Below are positions 40,523 through 56,063 of a DNA stretch of 64,000 bases, one piece after another. Under the pieces are notes generated by a model. The model was given only the letters and a program-made list of their open reading frames with translations, ran no database searches and was not told the origin of the DNA. The position numbers were made by a program, and so were the translations under genes. The stretch's first letter is position 1, and each line of letters opens with the position of its first letter. Origin of the DNA: Eimeria praecox (taxonomy: Eukaryota). The stretch is taken from assembly GCA_963920595.1 (NCBI GenBank), contig OY986946.1, positions 8,742,001 to 8,806,000 of the forward strand, in the 5' to 3' direction.

Positions 40523-43500
40523 ATGGCGGAATTACCACATGATCTGGCAAGTATTCCTAATAAAGACATTATACGTAGAAAGTTTTGTCATCAGGCTCAC
40601 CCTGGGGAGCTTCACCTCCCCCCGCTGTCCCACAGACACCAGGCTACACAGTGACGATACATCAACTATATCCAGACTTCTTCATCAAGCCAGGATTTAT
40701 AACCATGCAGATGGTGATCGGATGAGTTAGTATGAGCGGATTCAAAGAACCTGGGTCGGTGTGCCTCCACAGGGCCAAGGTTGAACTGAAAGAGAAGCAC
40801 GCTTAGCGTATTCTTGTGGGTGTGTGCAGCCTCTTAAGGACGCAGACCCTGAACTGTATTCCATTATAGTGAAGGAGAAGGAGCGGCAATTGGACTGCAT
40901 TGAACTCATTGCTTCAGAAGTGCGTTGTCGCGGCTTCCTGGCCTGAAACCTGGCAGATGTCAGATCAGCTGGTCCTTTCTCAAGTCCTCTTGAACTCATG
41001 AGCGGCTCCCCCGCTTTCTCTTTTGCATGTTTGCTGCCCGTAGAACTTCGTGAGCACAGCGGTGCAAGACTGTCTCGGTAGCTGCCTCACAAACAAGTAC
41101 TCTGAGGGCCTCGTGGGTGCTCGCTACTATGGGGGCATGGAGTTTGTAGATCAAGTGGAAGCCCTCTGTATCCAGCGCGCTAAGGAAGCTTTCCGACTGG
41201 ACCCGGATGAATGGCATGTAAACGTGCAGCCCCTCTCGGGCAGCCCAGCGAACTTGGCTGTCTTCGTAGCTCTCCTGCAACCCCACGACCGATTCATGGG
41301 CCTCGGTCTCAATGACGGTAATGCTATTGCATGCAAGCAATAACGCATGCATGCACACATTATGTATGAATACATGGGCCACAGTAGCTCTTTTCTTCCA
41401 AGTACCTGAGCGTCTAGGGCCTTACGGGTCATTGATGCTGCTGCTGCTCTTGTGCGATACACGCAGGAGGACATCTGACGCATGGGGCGTACACCCCATC
41501 TCGGCGCATCAGTGCGACATCTCTGTTCTTTGAGTCGCTTCCTTATGGCCTGGATCCCAAGACGGGGCTCATAGATTACGAAGAACTAGAAAGGCTGGCG
41601 ACGCTCTTCCGGCCAAAGCTTATCATCTGTGGGCACTCTGCCTACCCACGGTACGACCATTTAACTACTTGGTAGTGTCTTCTCTTCACCACGGTTTCTG
41701 CTTCGTGCTCATTGAAGCGAAGCTGCGTATGGTTGAGCGAAGGGAATGGTTTGTCTTATGCTGAGGCTCGCGGCGTCGCCTTCAGGCTGCTGTATTCATT
41801 CTCATTTGGAACGTCTTCTCCAAGCTTCTCAACATACCTTTTAGAGAGGGTGCCTATTCCTGCTCGCAGGCTATTGGATTATAAACGTTTTCGAGCCATT
41901 GCCGATAAAGTGGGGGCCTTCCTGTGGTGCGATATGGCGCACTTCAGCGGTTTCGTCGCTGCAGGTATTTTTGAATCGCCATTTGACTACTGCGAAGTTG
42001 TCACCACGACGACGCACAAAACCCTCAGGTGGGTAGACACCCCGGCGAACTGCAGCGGGCGCTTACAGGCCATTGCTCCCCCTCAGCTACTTTGTTCAGT
42101 GTCGTGTGCGCATCGCCTGTGGAGCAGTATCTCCCCTGGTGCATGCATAAATAGTGCAAATTATGTGTGTACCGTTCAAGCATGCATACGAGGCATAATG
42201 GCTGTCTCGCTGCAATGTTCGCTAGTAGTCGTGCCGAAGCGTGCTTCCTTCGTGCGTTCGCCGATTGGCAGATGATATTCATATGGCTGTGCTTGGCGAT
42301 AATGGCGACCATCCACACACATATTTGGGTTTGCATGCATGAACACGCTGTCTGCAGGGGCCCGCGCAGTGGCCTCATCTTCATCAACACCAAACGCGTG
42401 CCCAATGGAGCTTCCAAAGTCGACGCAGCGGTCTTCCCGGGCCTGCAAGGAGGGCCTCACGAGAACCACATCGCCGCTGTTGCTCACCAGCTGAAACAGG
42501 CAAGCGTACCATCAAGCCGAAGGCCTATTTATGCAAACCTTTTCTAGTGTATTGCATGCACTAGGGAGGCTGAGTCATTTTCCTCACTGACTGCACCAAC
42601 TAAGAGTCTGACACTTCGCAGGCGCATGCATACACTTCGCTGCTAGTTGGTAGTTCCAACACTGGATGCTAAGAAAGGGAGTGGCTTGCTTGATGTGATG
42701 TTTGTTGCTGGTTTCTTCTGCCCTACAGACGTGCACGCCGGAATGGAAGATCTACTCGCAGCAGGTGCTGGACAACTGCAAGGGTTTGGCGGCTGAGTTG
42801 CAGAGTTGTGGTCTGCAGCTCGTCACTGGCGGGACGGACAATCACTTGCTGCTCCTTGACTTGAAGCCCCATGGGCTGACAGGTATGTTGTGGAAACTTG
42901 CATGATGCGACTGTTGGAGGATCGCTGCTTGTATATGCACACAGCATGCTGGTGCTGAAGAGGCAATGCTAGTATCGAGCCATCCACCATAATGTTTGGC
43001 CTTGTCCTTTCCTGACTCAAAAACGCAGACTGGTTGCGTTCACCCTAAGATCGTTTTTCTTCGGTCGTTCGTTGATAGCCAAACTCACCGTGGGGTTGAA
43101 CGCGTATTCAAGTGAGGCCATTCTGCATGCGGCTGTGTGTAGGAGCGAAGCTTCAGTTGGTTTGCGATGCCGTAAATATCACGCTGAACAAAAACTCCAT
43201 CACGGGCGACTCTCCAGGCATTCCTACCGGTGAGGAAGAAACGGGCGACAAAGGCACTGCGGCATTTGCTTGCATCTTGGCTTAGGGTTAAGGTGATTGA
43301 AGGGAAGAAAGTCTGCTGGCCGGGGTGGTGTGGGCAGGCGTACGCATCGGGACCCCCGCCATGACGACTCGAGGGTTCGGTTCGAAAGAGTTTAAACAAG
43401 TTGCGAGTTTCATAAAGGAGGCCATTGATATTTGCTGCGAAATACAAGGTTCGGCAGCCCCTCATAAAGTGATTGAATATGCCTGCATACACTAAGTGTC

Positions 43501-43928
43501 TACATCCATACACGTCTCCGCAAGAAAAACACATAGTGGCTGTCTTCACTGTGAGAGCCATTTTCTTCTGCCGTTCGTTGGTGCCAACATGCTGCACGAA
43601 TATAGCAGCTTGGGCATGCTTGTGATGAACATGAAACGAAAAGCAGGCATCCTGCTGGACCAGTTTTTAGCGGCTTTCCTTGTCCAGCTTGTGACGAGAG
43701 GAGAGCCCTGTTATCTGTCGGGTTATATCTACTGTGTGTGTGTCTGTGTGTGTGCAATGCATGCTCGGTTTTAATTGTGTACTTTGGGTTACTGCAGAGC
43801 AATCGGGTAAGAAACTGGCGGACTTCAAAAAACACGTCACCCCGTCGCACCCCCGCATAGCGAGTCTGCGAGAGCGAGTAACAGCGCTTGCACGGAGTTT
43901 CCCCATGCCAGGTCGGCGAGATATATGA
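40523..43928 (+). CDS. SHMT: Serine hydroxymethyltransferase (cytosolic type), 10 exons
   Basis: [17 protein letters not shown]...[34 protein letters not shown]-lysine motif [48 protein letters not shown]. Exons: 40523-40546, 40830-40919, 41044-41317, 41467-41650, 41870-42028, 42358-42499, 42729-42882, 43143-43229, 43338-43448, 43798-43928. Exon 1 is inferred. Confidence 0.97.
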
Positions 43929-45973
43929 GCAGTTTGAACGAAGTGCAGCAACAGGGATCCGGGGACAAAGCGACAAACTCGCAAATATCTCTCATGTGGC
44001 CGAATATTTGGGCGATCAGCGTCGGGGCGTATCTGCAAGGAAACCCCGCATTGGCACCGCCTTGATACGATGCGCCATTGTATGTTTGCGTTTGCCCACG
44101 TGATTAATTATTTTGCAGTCGGGTCAGCAGCAGTGTTTCCCGATAGATGCGACGTCTGTGATATGCTAGAGAATGGCAGTGGTGTTGCGAGAGGGAGCTC
44201 CCTCCTTTTGCTGTTCACATGCAGCTCTAAGCGCACCTTTTTCTGTAGGCGAGCCGGACTCAGGGGCGTTTGTATACACAGGCTTTGTGCCCATTTCAAG
44301 CACGCACAAACCTCGTCGCCTCAGGGGCGTCCGGGACTCCTGCACCTATTTCTGGGCGTCAGGGAAATATAGTATTCGTTTCACTTGATTGTGGAATGAA
44401 ATGAAACACACTTGCATGCTAGCAACGAGTTCCTTGCAAGCTGCAACGTGCGTCCATTTCCAATTTGTAAGACCTGTTGATGCCGCTGTCAGGAGCGACT
44501 GTGAGGGAAGAGTAATATAAACTCGGCTGCCGCCACACCCCAGATACACGTTCAATTACTGAATCTCATAGATGCACCTCTTGGCACTAGAGATCGTATC
44601 GGATCACTCTGTGGGAGTAGTTTAGGAACTTAGGTTAGTTCAAGCGTAGGCAACGATCAGATTATCGTGGACGGTGCCTGCAAAGAGGTACTGCCGCGTA
44701 GCGCTAGTGGGTTTTTCTCACTCGAAAGTGAGGTTTTACCTATGCTGGGGCCATCCTGAGAGAAGGCCTTAACGTTCTGCTACCTTAGTGCCCGTCAGCA
44801 TACACTTCTTGCAAATAGCGTGTGCTATGCAGCGGTGTAACCCTGCGGTGTAACACTGCTACACAGGGTAGTTCACTGGGGTCCAATGCAACGTCTTTGC
44901 ATGTTTCTCTTCACTAGATCTGTTTTACTCCTTCCAACATTGGTTGGAGCTGAAACCAACTGAATCTTGAATGGGCGGAATTCGCTGATCTTGAGGCCCC
45001 TTAAGCGCGTTGTTATTTTCGTCACCTCTCCACTGAAGCACTTGCTCCTCACATCATACGAGTTGTTTCGGAGCAGGATATAGCTGGTGCAACTATTACT
45101 ATTGCAGATAACTGGAATATAGGATGGGTTTCGATGGTTTGGGAGTCAACGACGCCAGTCCACTGGTCCCCGGACTGAAGAAACAGCGCCGGAGTTTATT
45201 TTTGCACACATTGTATCTTCTTATCCAATAAACAAATGTTTCAGTTCTTGCAAGTTGGTGAATTACAGTTGCCTTGCATAAAGGAGCGGAGGCGTGCGAC
45301 GGAGCCTTCCTAGCAACCCCGTGGGCCAGCGTGGAGGCAGAAGCACTACAACGTGGCCACAGCTAGTTTAATGAAATAATTTAATCTAAATTAGTTAAAT
45401 ATGTTGTTCTATTCGTTATTTAAGATAAAAGGATTCAGTTTACCGGTTATTTGCTGTGCTACGCCAAACGCTAAGAGTCGTCGATTGCCGTGGCTTGCGC
45501 GAGAGGCTCTCGTTATGCCACGCATGTTGCACTACCCCATACGCTGATTTGGGGTTAAAGTTTTTGCTTTCTGTTTGTTTTTTTGGTTATTTCAAGGGCT
45601 GGGGAACATTTGAGGCCGCCAGCGAAGTAGTTTTCGAGGAAAGGCGAGCTGCAACGCCACCTCTGCAGCCCGCCATATTGAATTGAACGGTCCTCGTTTT
45701 CCTTTCTGGGGCAAAATCTCAACAGATCCTTTAATATAAATTGTATTACAGATGTTAAAGGTCTAATGCTGCTATAGTTTACAGGTTTCCCATTGAAAGC
45801 AGCCGGATCTTTCAGTTTTGCAGCGGATAGGCAGGCGTGCGGCAACTAGCAAGGGATTTAAAGACAGAAACGCTGTTTACGTTACGGGGCTTTTCGTCTC
45901 AGATTAGCTATTTATTATAGTAGGTTCTGAAGGTTGTCAAATTTGAACACAGCTGAATTCCCTTTCATTCAAG

Positions 45974-48608
<2,635 letters not shown>

Positions 48609-48639
48609 TCGAAATTCAACGCATGCATGCATGCATGCA

Positions 48640-48920
48640 TGCAGCAACAACAGCAACAACAACAACAACAGTAGTAGCTGCGCCAACAGTACATGCAGCA
48701 GCAGCAGCAGCAACAACAACAACAGTAGCTGCGCCAACAGTACATGCAGCAGCAGCAGCAACAGCAACAACAGCAGCGGCGGCAACAGTACATGCAGCAG
48801 CAGCAGCAGCAACAACAACAACAGCAGCGGCGGCAACAGTACATGCAGCAGCAGCAGCAGCAACAACAACAGCAACAGCAGCGGCGGCAACAGTACATGC
48901 AGCAGCAGCAGAAGCAACAG
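48640..48920 (+). repeat. Higher-order CAG/CAA minisatellite, ~48-57 bp unit, about 5 copies
   Basis: The anchor CAACAGTACATGCAGCAGCAG recurs 5 times (~48684, 48735, 48783, 48834, 48888). Confidence 0.9.
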
Positions 48921-48998
48921 AACCTGCAGCAGAAGCAGAAGCAACATGTCTCAGTTTCTACAAGAGGATTGGGCCACTGACTGTTCTTTCAAGGGAGC

Positions 48999-49121
<123 letters not shown>

Positions 49122-49414
49122 CTTTGGATTTGTCTCTTCTATTTCATCTACAACAGCAGCAGCAGGAGGAGGGAAACAAAAAGATAAGCGGACGTTAAAT
49201 AATATTTGTATATCTCTGCAGCGACAAAGAGCTGCTGCAGCAACACGAGTTTGTATTTTGCTGCTGTCTTCTTGTTGGTGTCTCCACTGTAAATCTTACC
49301 TCCGACGACTAACAAAGTGTGTTTGGATTATATCCCCGTTGTCTCTTTGACTGTCCCTTCTCGGGTTTGTTTTATCTCATTTGTTTCCTTTGTCCTGGTC
49401 TCGCTGCTGCTGCT

Positions 49415-49449
<35 letters not shown>

Positions 49450-49533
49450 CGCACTGCATGCTGCGTGGGCATCTTAACGGTGCCCTACACCCCCCTTGTG
49501 GGGAAGAACAACACAGCGACGCCCCTTACAACC

Positions 49534-50358
49534 CTACAACACTGTAGACTCTCCAGCAGCGGCAGCTGCAGCAGCAGCAGCTGCAGCAGCAGCAGCTGCA
49601 GCAGCAGCAGCTGCAGCAGCAGCAGTTGCAGCAGCAGCTGCTGCTGCAGAGGTGGTAGCCACGGGGGCACAGAGCACAGCGCAGCCTGTGAGAGCCTTAG
49701 GGCCTCTCCACCTCTTTGATGTGTCTTCGTATCTGAAACATGTGCTGGGGGGGATTCGGAAGAAATTAACAAGCAAAGGTCTTTCTTTACATTCTACCAC
49801 TCCCCCTATTACAGGAACAGGTCCTTGCATGCATGCATGCATGCATGCATGCAAGCATGCATGCGCGCATGCATGCATGCATGCATGCATGCAGTAATAG
49901 CCTTGCCTAGTTTGGATTGTGCTAAGCACTTGTTTCTTGAATGCATGCATGCATGCATGCATGCACGCATGCATGCATGCATACACGTGCATGCATGCAT
50001 GCATGCATGCATGCGTGCATGCATGGAAGAACCTTGGCTAGTTTGAATTGTGGAAAGTTGTTGTTTGGTTACTCTTAAGACACCCCATGGCCTCTGGAGT
50101 GTATGTACAGCTGCTTACGGAGGCCTCACAGCTCTGTATACACTCCCCTCTCTCTTCACAATTATAATATTGTTTGTACTCCGTATTTGCTTGAAATATG
50201 AAGCAAGATGCTACTGGGCTCAGCCCCATAAATAGATAGATAGAAGGGCTGTCTAACATTATGGGGGAAGATAGTCCTTTAAGTTTAATACACTAGAGGA
50301 ATGATGCACACACTGTATCTACTCTCTTCACGGATATACGAACACCTTTGTACATATA

Positions 50359-50421
<63 letters not shown>

Positions 50422-51045
50422 GTGGGGCTGAGGGGACAGAGCTAACAACTGCTTCAAGCTATCATCTGTAGGACTATGTAGAAAGTAGAGAAGAAAATAC
50501 AGATGCTTAGATAAGTTGTAGAGTTAAGCGTTCTTAGAAGAAGATTATAAGAGCCCTCAGCTTTAGAGGCAAGTAGGGAGAAGCCAATACATTTCAAATA
50601 ATGCATGCATGTTTGGGGCTGGCACTTCTCTTCATGCATTCTTTGCATGCATGCATGCATGCATGCATGTGTTGTCCTGAGTTAGCTGTATACGTCAAGT
50701 GTAAACACACTATGTCTCTCATACGAGATAAGCAGCCTAAGACAACAGCAGCATGTCTGGCTTCTTTATGTTTTGGGGGATAAGAATGCATGCACTGAGA
50801 AGGAGAGAAGAACAAGAGAGAACACCCGGCAGCTAGCTAGCTGTGTTGCTGCAGTTCTGCTGTTGTTATTTGCAGCAGCAAATAATTAGCTGCAGCAGTT
50901 GTTGTATTGGTGACGGCGTGTAGATATTGGCTGTCGCATGCAGTTTGTACGATCGTAGGTTTTGATATATCTGTCAGGGAGATGCGCCATCACTACTGGC
51001 GGGAGGAGACCCTCTGTACCCTGAGGAAGGAGGGGCACCATATAT

Positions 51046-51128
<83 letters not shown>

Positions 51129-51154
51129 ACACATACACATACGCACACACACAC

Positions 51155-51228
<74 letters not shown>

Positions 51229-53204
51229 GCACATACGCATACACATACATATAGTCATACATGTACACATATACATACACACACATACATATCTACATCC
51301 ATATATAAATATATACGTATATGTATATAGATATAAGCATATACATATAAAACATATACGTACACATCTACATATACGTACATACACATATACGTATACA
51401 TACACAGATACATATACACATAGCACGAGAGGGTTAGACAAATAATTCTATATTTTGCTGCTGTCTGCACATACACCACGAAGAAGAGAGAGCTAGATAG
51501 AGGACAACTGAATGCATGCACGGGGCTTGTTGCATGCATGCAGGGCTGCATGGGTTTGGGGCTGCATGCGTTTGGGGCTGCATGCATGCAAGTGTGTAGT
51601 TGGGTGTATATACCGTGAGGCCTGAGTGTTCTTTCTTGTTAAGCTGCAAGAAGAGACGAGAAGCCCTCGACATCTTCCGTAGAGTTGCTCTTCTGTGCAT
51701 AACATCTACAACTGTCTCCTTTACTGCTGCAGTTGAGAGGGCCCTACTTAGCTGCAGCAACTCATCTGCTGGGATCCGATCCCCTTCATCATGAGCGTTC
51801 ACATAGTCCCCTTTTGTGGGGTCAAATGTAAACTTCCTGCTCTCTATAGGCCGGACTGTACAGACAAACAAAATATATATTACTACTACTTATATGATAT
51901 AGGAGACAGACACACAAAGGATATTAACTGCTATATCAGACATAGGAGACAGCAAGAGAGAGACAGACAGACAAAGTATATAAACAGCTATATCTCATAA
52001 AGGAGACAGACACACAAATAAAATATAAATAACAAATATATCTTACATAGGAGACAGCAAGAAAGAGAGACAGACAAAATATATATAACTACTACGCATC
52101 AGATATAGGAGACAGACACACAAATAAAATATAAATAACAAATATACCTCACATAGGAGACAGCAAGAGAGACAGAGAGAGAAATAAAACATATCTCACA
52201 AAGGAGACAGCAAGAGAGGGACAGACAGACAAAGTATATTAATAGCTATATAAGACATAGGAGACAGACACACAAATAAAATATAAATAACAAATATATC
52301 TCCCAAAGGAGACAGCAAGATAGAGAGACAGACAAAGCACAAGAAACAACAACACGAAGAGAAGAGACAGCCAGAGAGACAGATATAACACGAAGGCCTA
52401 CTGTCTCCTACTCAAACATATCTACTAGAAGATAAACACATAACCTCAAGGAGACAGAAGAATAGACAAGTAGGAGACAACAAATATAACGAAGGCCATG
52501 TACAACAACAAATAACTAAGGAGACACATACACCGCAGCAACTGTCTCCTTCTGCTTTCTTAAAACAAAGGAGACAGAAGAGAACAAGAAGAGACACATA
52601 CACCGCAGCAACTGTCTCAAAGGAGACAGAAGAGAACAAGAAGAGACACATACACCGCAGCAACTGTCTCCTTCTGCTTTCTTAAAACAAAGGAGACAGA
52701 AGAGAACAAGAAGAGACACATACACCGCAGCAACTGTCTCCTTTTATTCTTTTCTTACTCTCTTCTCCTACAGGTAAGACAGGCATATTGGCTGCAGCAT
52801 TCCAATGTTTTATTCCTTTCATAGAAATGTAGCTTTGAAGGCCTGATGCTTGGTTTTGTAGCTGTTGTTGGCTGTCTCCTCCTTCTGCTGCTCCTGCTGC
52901 TGCAGCAGCAGCAGCAGCATCTGCTGCTGCTGCTGCATCAGCTTCCTGCTTTGACATAAAGCCAGTATAAGCTGATAAGGCGCGAGAGTAAACCCAAGAG
53001 GGGCCCCTGCTAGGCCCCTTCCACTCTCCCTCTCCTATCATTTTATTTAAGTCTTCTTCAGGATGTTGCTGCTGCTGCTGTTGCTGCTGCTGCTGCAGCT
53101 GCTGCAGCACTGCCTGGTTGAGTTTGTCAGTGTCTAGACGCTCTATATACCCCCCTGCTGTTTCGACTCCTCCATATTGCTGCTGCAACTCAGGAGAGCC
53201 CCCA

Positions 53205-53240
<36 letters not shown>

Positions 53241-53488
53241 AGCCGCTGCTGCTGCTGCAGCAACCGCTGCTGCTGCTGCTCCATCTCCCATTGCTGCTGG
53301 TCTACCCAGTGTCCCTCTTCCAAACCCTGCTGCTGCTGCTGCTGCTGCTGCTGAGGGGCCCCCATTTGTATGCCTTGGCTCCCACTAAGGTGTTTGGAGA
53401 ATATGTTGCTGTTGACGTCTTCAGCAGAATTTCCTCGAGGAGTCATGTACTGTCCGCTGCTGCTTCTGCTGCTTGCCATTCTGTTCAT
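49534..53488 (-). CDS. Multi-exon hypothetical protein with Gln/Ala-rich N-terminus
   Basis: Exon 53488-52759 ([10 protein letters not shown]...MPVLPVGEE, donor GTAAGA) joins in phase to 51855-51614 ([18 protein letters not shown]...KEHSGLT) and to 51464-51420 ([15 protein letters not shown]). Middle exons are unresolved. Probable last exon ~49824-49534 ([25 protein letters not shown]...). No family recognised. Confidence 0.5.
49826..50023. repeat. Tandem palindromic (TGCA)n / TGCATGCA arrays
   Basis: Two blocks at 49826-49893 and 49942-50023. Shorter runs at 48621-48642 and 50644-50668. Confidence 0.95.
51895..52335 (+). repeat. Intronic minisatellite, ~105-130 bp diverged unit, about 4 copies
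   Basis: AGGAGACAGACACACAAA at ~51901, 52001, 52107 and 52259, each followed by GGAGACAGCAAGA. Confidence 0.85.
52518..52742 (+). repeat. Intronic minisatellite, alternating 71/51 bp units
   Basis: GAGACACATACACCGCAGCAACTGTCTC occurs 4 times (~52521, 52591, 52642, 52713). Confidence 0.92.
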
Positions 53489-53539
53489 ATGGAGACGAAG
53501 AGCGAAGCCTGCAGGAGAAACAGCAGCAGCAACACCAAC

Positions 53540-53607
<68 letters not shown>

Positions 53608-53722
53608 CAACAATAAGGAAGGCTTCAAGCAGTCAACAGCCCTCAGGGTGTGTCATGTAAGATGCAACTACTTGAAGAAATCGTAGGAGATCTCAGCAGC
53701 AGCAGCAGCAGCAGCAGGAGCC

Positions 53723-53776
<54 letters not shown>

Positions 53777-54153
53777 CGAGCAGCAGCAATGGCCGCCAGT
53801 ACCGTACAGCTGCAGCAGCAGCTGCTATTTTCTCTGTACGTTTATAAGCTCTTTGGCTTCACTTCTTCTTAATTTTAATGTATTATTTATTTTATAAATA
53901 AAAGAAATAGAATAAAACCTGAGAGGGAGGGAATACGAGAACAACACCAAACAAAGAAGCTTTGGCTGGACTGGTTGCTGCTGTATATACAGCAAGAAAG
54001 AATATGTTTATAATTAATAATTTATATTATTTTTAATAAAAAATATTATTTAGACTCACTAGAAATAATAAAATAATTTAAATTTGTTGTTTTAAAATGA
54101 AAAGAACAGCCGACACAGAAGAGAAAAAGCTTCGATACAGCCGACGACGACGA

Positions 54154-54200
<47 letters not shown>

Positions 54201-54338
54201 TGCTGCTGCAGCTAAATCTAACAGCAAATGAATGAGGGAAAATATCTTAAGGAAGGGAAAAGAATAAAAGATAAAGAAGAAGAATATATCAAAGCCAGGA
54301 GCAAAGCAACACAAGGAAAGGCTACTAGCGAGCTGCCA

Positions 54339-54404
<66 letters not shown>

Positions 54405-54743
54405 TGTTGAGGCCGCAGCGGAGCTAGAACAGGTGTCGATTCAAGGGGTATCTCTCTGTAGTTTTTTCTTCTCTTTCTCTTTATTTTTTTATTTATATTT
54501 GTTTATATCTTCTTCTTTATTAAATATACTTCTTTGGAGACAGACAGAATCAACAGACTCAATATGTGGCTACAGCATCTACTAGCTGTTGAGTAGATTG
54601 TTTTATTGCTGCTGCTGTTGCTGCTGCTGCTGTTGCTGCTGCTATTGCTGCTGCTGCTGCTGCTGCAGCTAATATCTATCATAACAAGTTTGTGCTGCTG
54701 CAAGTGTGTGTGCAGCAACAGCATTTCTGTCTGCAGCAGACAG

Positions 54744-54794
<51 letters not shown>

Positions 54795-54803
54795 TAATTT
54801 GCA

Positions 54804-55130
54804 ATGGTTGATTCAGAGACATCAGGCCCCAAGATATTATTAATATTAACATTAATATTTGGCTGTCTCTTACCTTTTCTCCCTCATATTATTTATATAC
54901 ATACTCTAAGCTATCATCCAATCTTCTTTCCTCTCTCTTGTATTATTTTATTTGCTTTTATTTGTGCTTTATTATATTCTATATTTAGATGTAGAGAAGC
55001 AGATAGAGAAATACAGAGAGAAGCAGCAGCAGCAGCAGCAGAAGAAGAAGAAGAAGCAGCAGCAGCAGCAGCACTCTTGCAGAGGAAGCCACATCGTATT
55101 ATAATTAGTAAACGCTGGAGGGGCAGATAA
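54804..55130 (+). CDS. Possible small two-TM protein (108 aa)
   Basis: ATG-initiated single ORF with two hydrophobic stretches followed by a charged, Ala/Glu-rich tail. No homology recognised, and AT-rich DNA can mimic TM segments. Confidence 0.35.
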   Translation: MVDSETSGPKILLILTLIFGCLLPFLPHIIYIHTLSYHPIFFPLSCIILFAFICALLYSIFRCREADREIQREAAAAAAEEEEEAAAAAALLQRKPHRIIISKRWRGR

Positions 55131-55246
55131 GCAAATTAATATACAAAGATAAATAAATAAAAAACTAATATAATATATAAACAAACAAACAAATACATAA
55201 TTCAACACGCTGTACAGACACCGCATATCTTCAAGGACATCCTTAC

Positions 55247-55296
55247 AACCCTAAACCCTAAACCCTAAACCCTAAACCCTAAACCCTAAACCCTAA
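55247..55296 (+). repeat. Interstitial telomere-like (AAACCCT)n
   Basis: About 7 copies. Confidence 0.97.
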
Positions 55297-55570
55297 GTAG
55301 CCCTCTCCTTCTCGGCTGTCTCTTTCTCTCTCTCTCTCTCTGCTGCTGCAGCAGAGGCGCTAGTTGCACTAGCAGCAGCTCCAACAGCAAAAGCTGCAGC
55401 TGCAGCCTTGGCTGCAGCAACGGCTGCAACCGCCGGAGCAGCAGCAGCAGCAGCAGCAGTACGAGCAGCAACAGCAGCAGCAGCAAGAGCAGCAGCAGCA
55501 CCATACGCAGGAGAAGTTGTCTTAACAGGAGCAGCATCAGCAGCATCAGCATCAGCAGCAGCACCAGCAG

Positions 55571-55611
<41 letters not shown>

Positions 55612-55628
55612 ACAACAGGAGCAGCAAG

Positions 55629-56042
55629 ATGGCAACGGATGAGAGCATAGAATCTGCGTTTGCAGCAGCAGCAAAAGGAGACAGTTCGTTTGCTGTGGGT
55701 GAGTTAGGTGCAGCAGCAAGAGCAGCAGGATCGTCTCCTTCTCTAGCAGATATAAAAGACTATACAGCAAAGTGTGGGGTGTCTCGAGTAGATCTAATGT
55801 TATTCAAAACCTTCTGTAAAGAAACAAATTATAAAGATGAAGAAAATGATTTATTAGAGTTATTTGAATGTATGGATATACAAATGACGGGAAAAATTAA
55901 CAAAAAAAATTTAATTCTATGTTTGAATACATACGGAGAGCCTCTAAAAGAAGAAGAAGCCAAAGATATATTAGACGATATGTTTAGAGAAGGAGAAGAA
56001 GATATACCTTATCGTGCATTTATTAATAAACTATTACAATAG
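55629..56042 (+). CDS. Calmodulin-like / myosin light chain EF-hand protein (137 aa, intronless)
   Basis: Start context aagATGGCA. Light-chain-like pattern: ESAF...GELGAAARAAGSSPSLADIK, DLLELFECMDIQMTGKINKKNL, LNTYGEPLKEEEAKDIL, IPYRAFINKLL. Confidence 0.9.
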   Translation: MATDESIESAFAAAAKGDSSFAVGELGAAARAAGSSPSLADIKDYTAKCGVSRVDLMLFKTFCKETNYKDEENDLLELFECMDIQMTGKINKKNLILCLNTYGEPLKEEEAKDILDDMFREGEEDIPYRAFINKLLQ

Positions 56043-56063
56043 ATTATATGAACATAAGGTGGC

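Noticed and set aside
52518..52742. CRISPR-like appearance of regularly spaced 28-bp repeats (also 59761-59890)
   Set aside because: The spacers are themselves repeated, there are no cas genes and the context is a eukaryotic intron; these are minisatellites.
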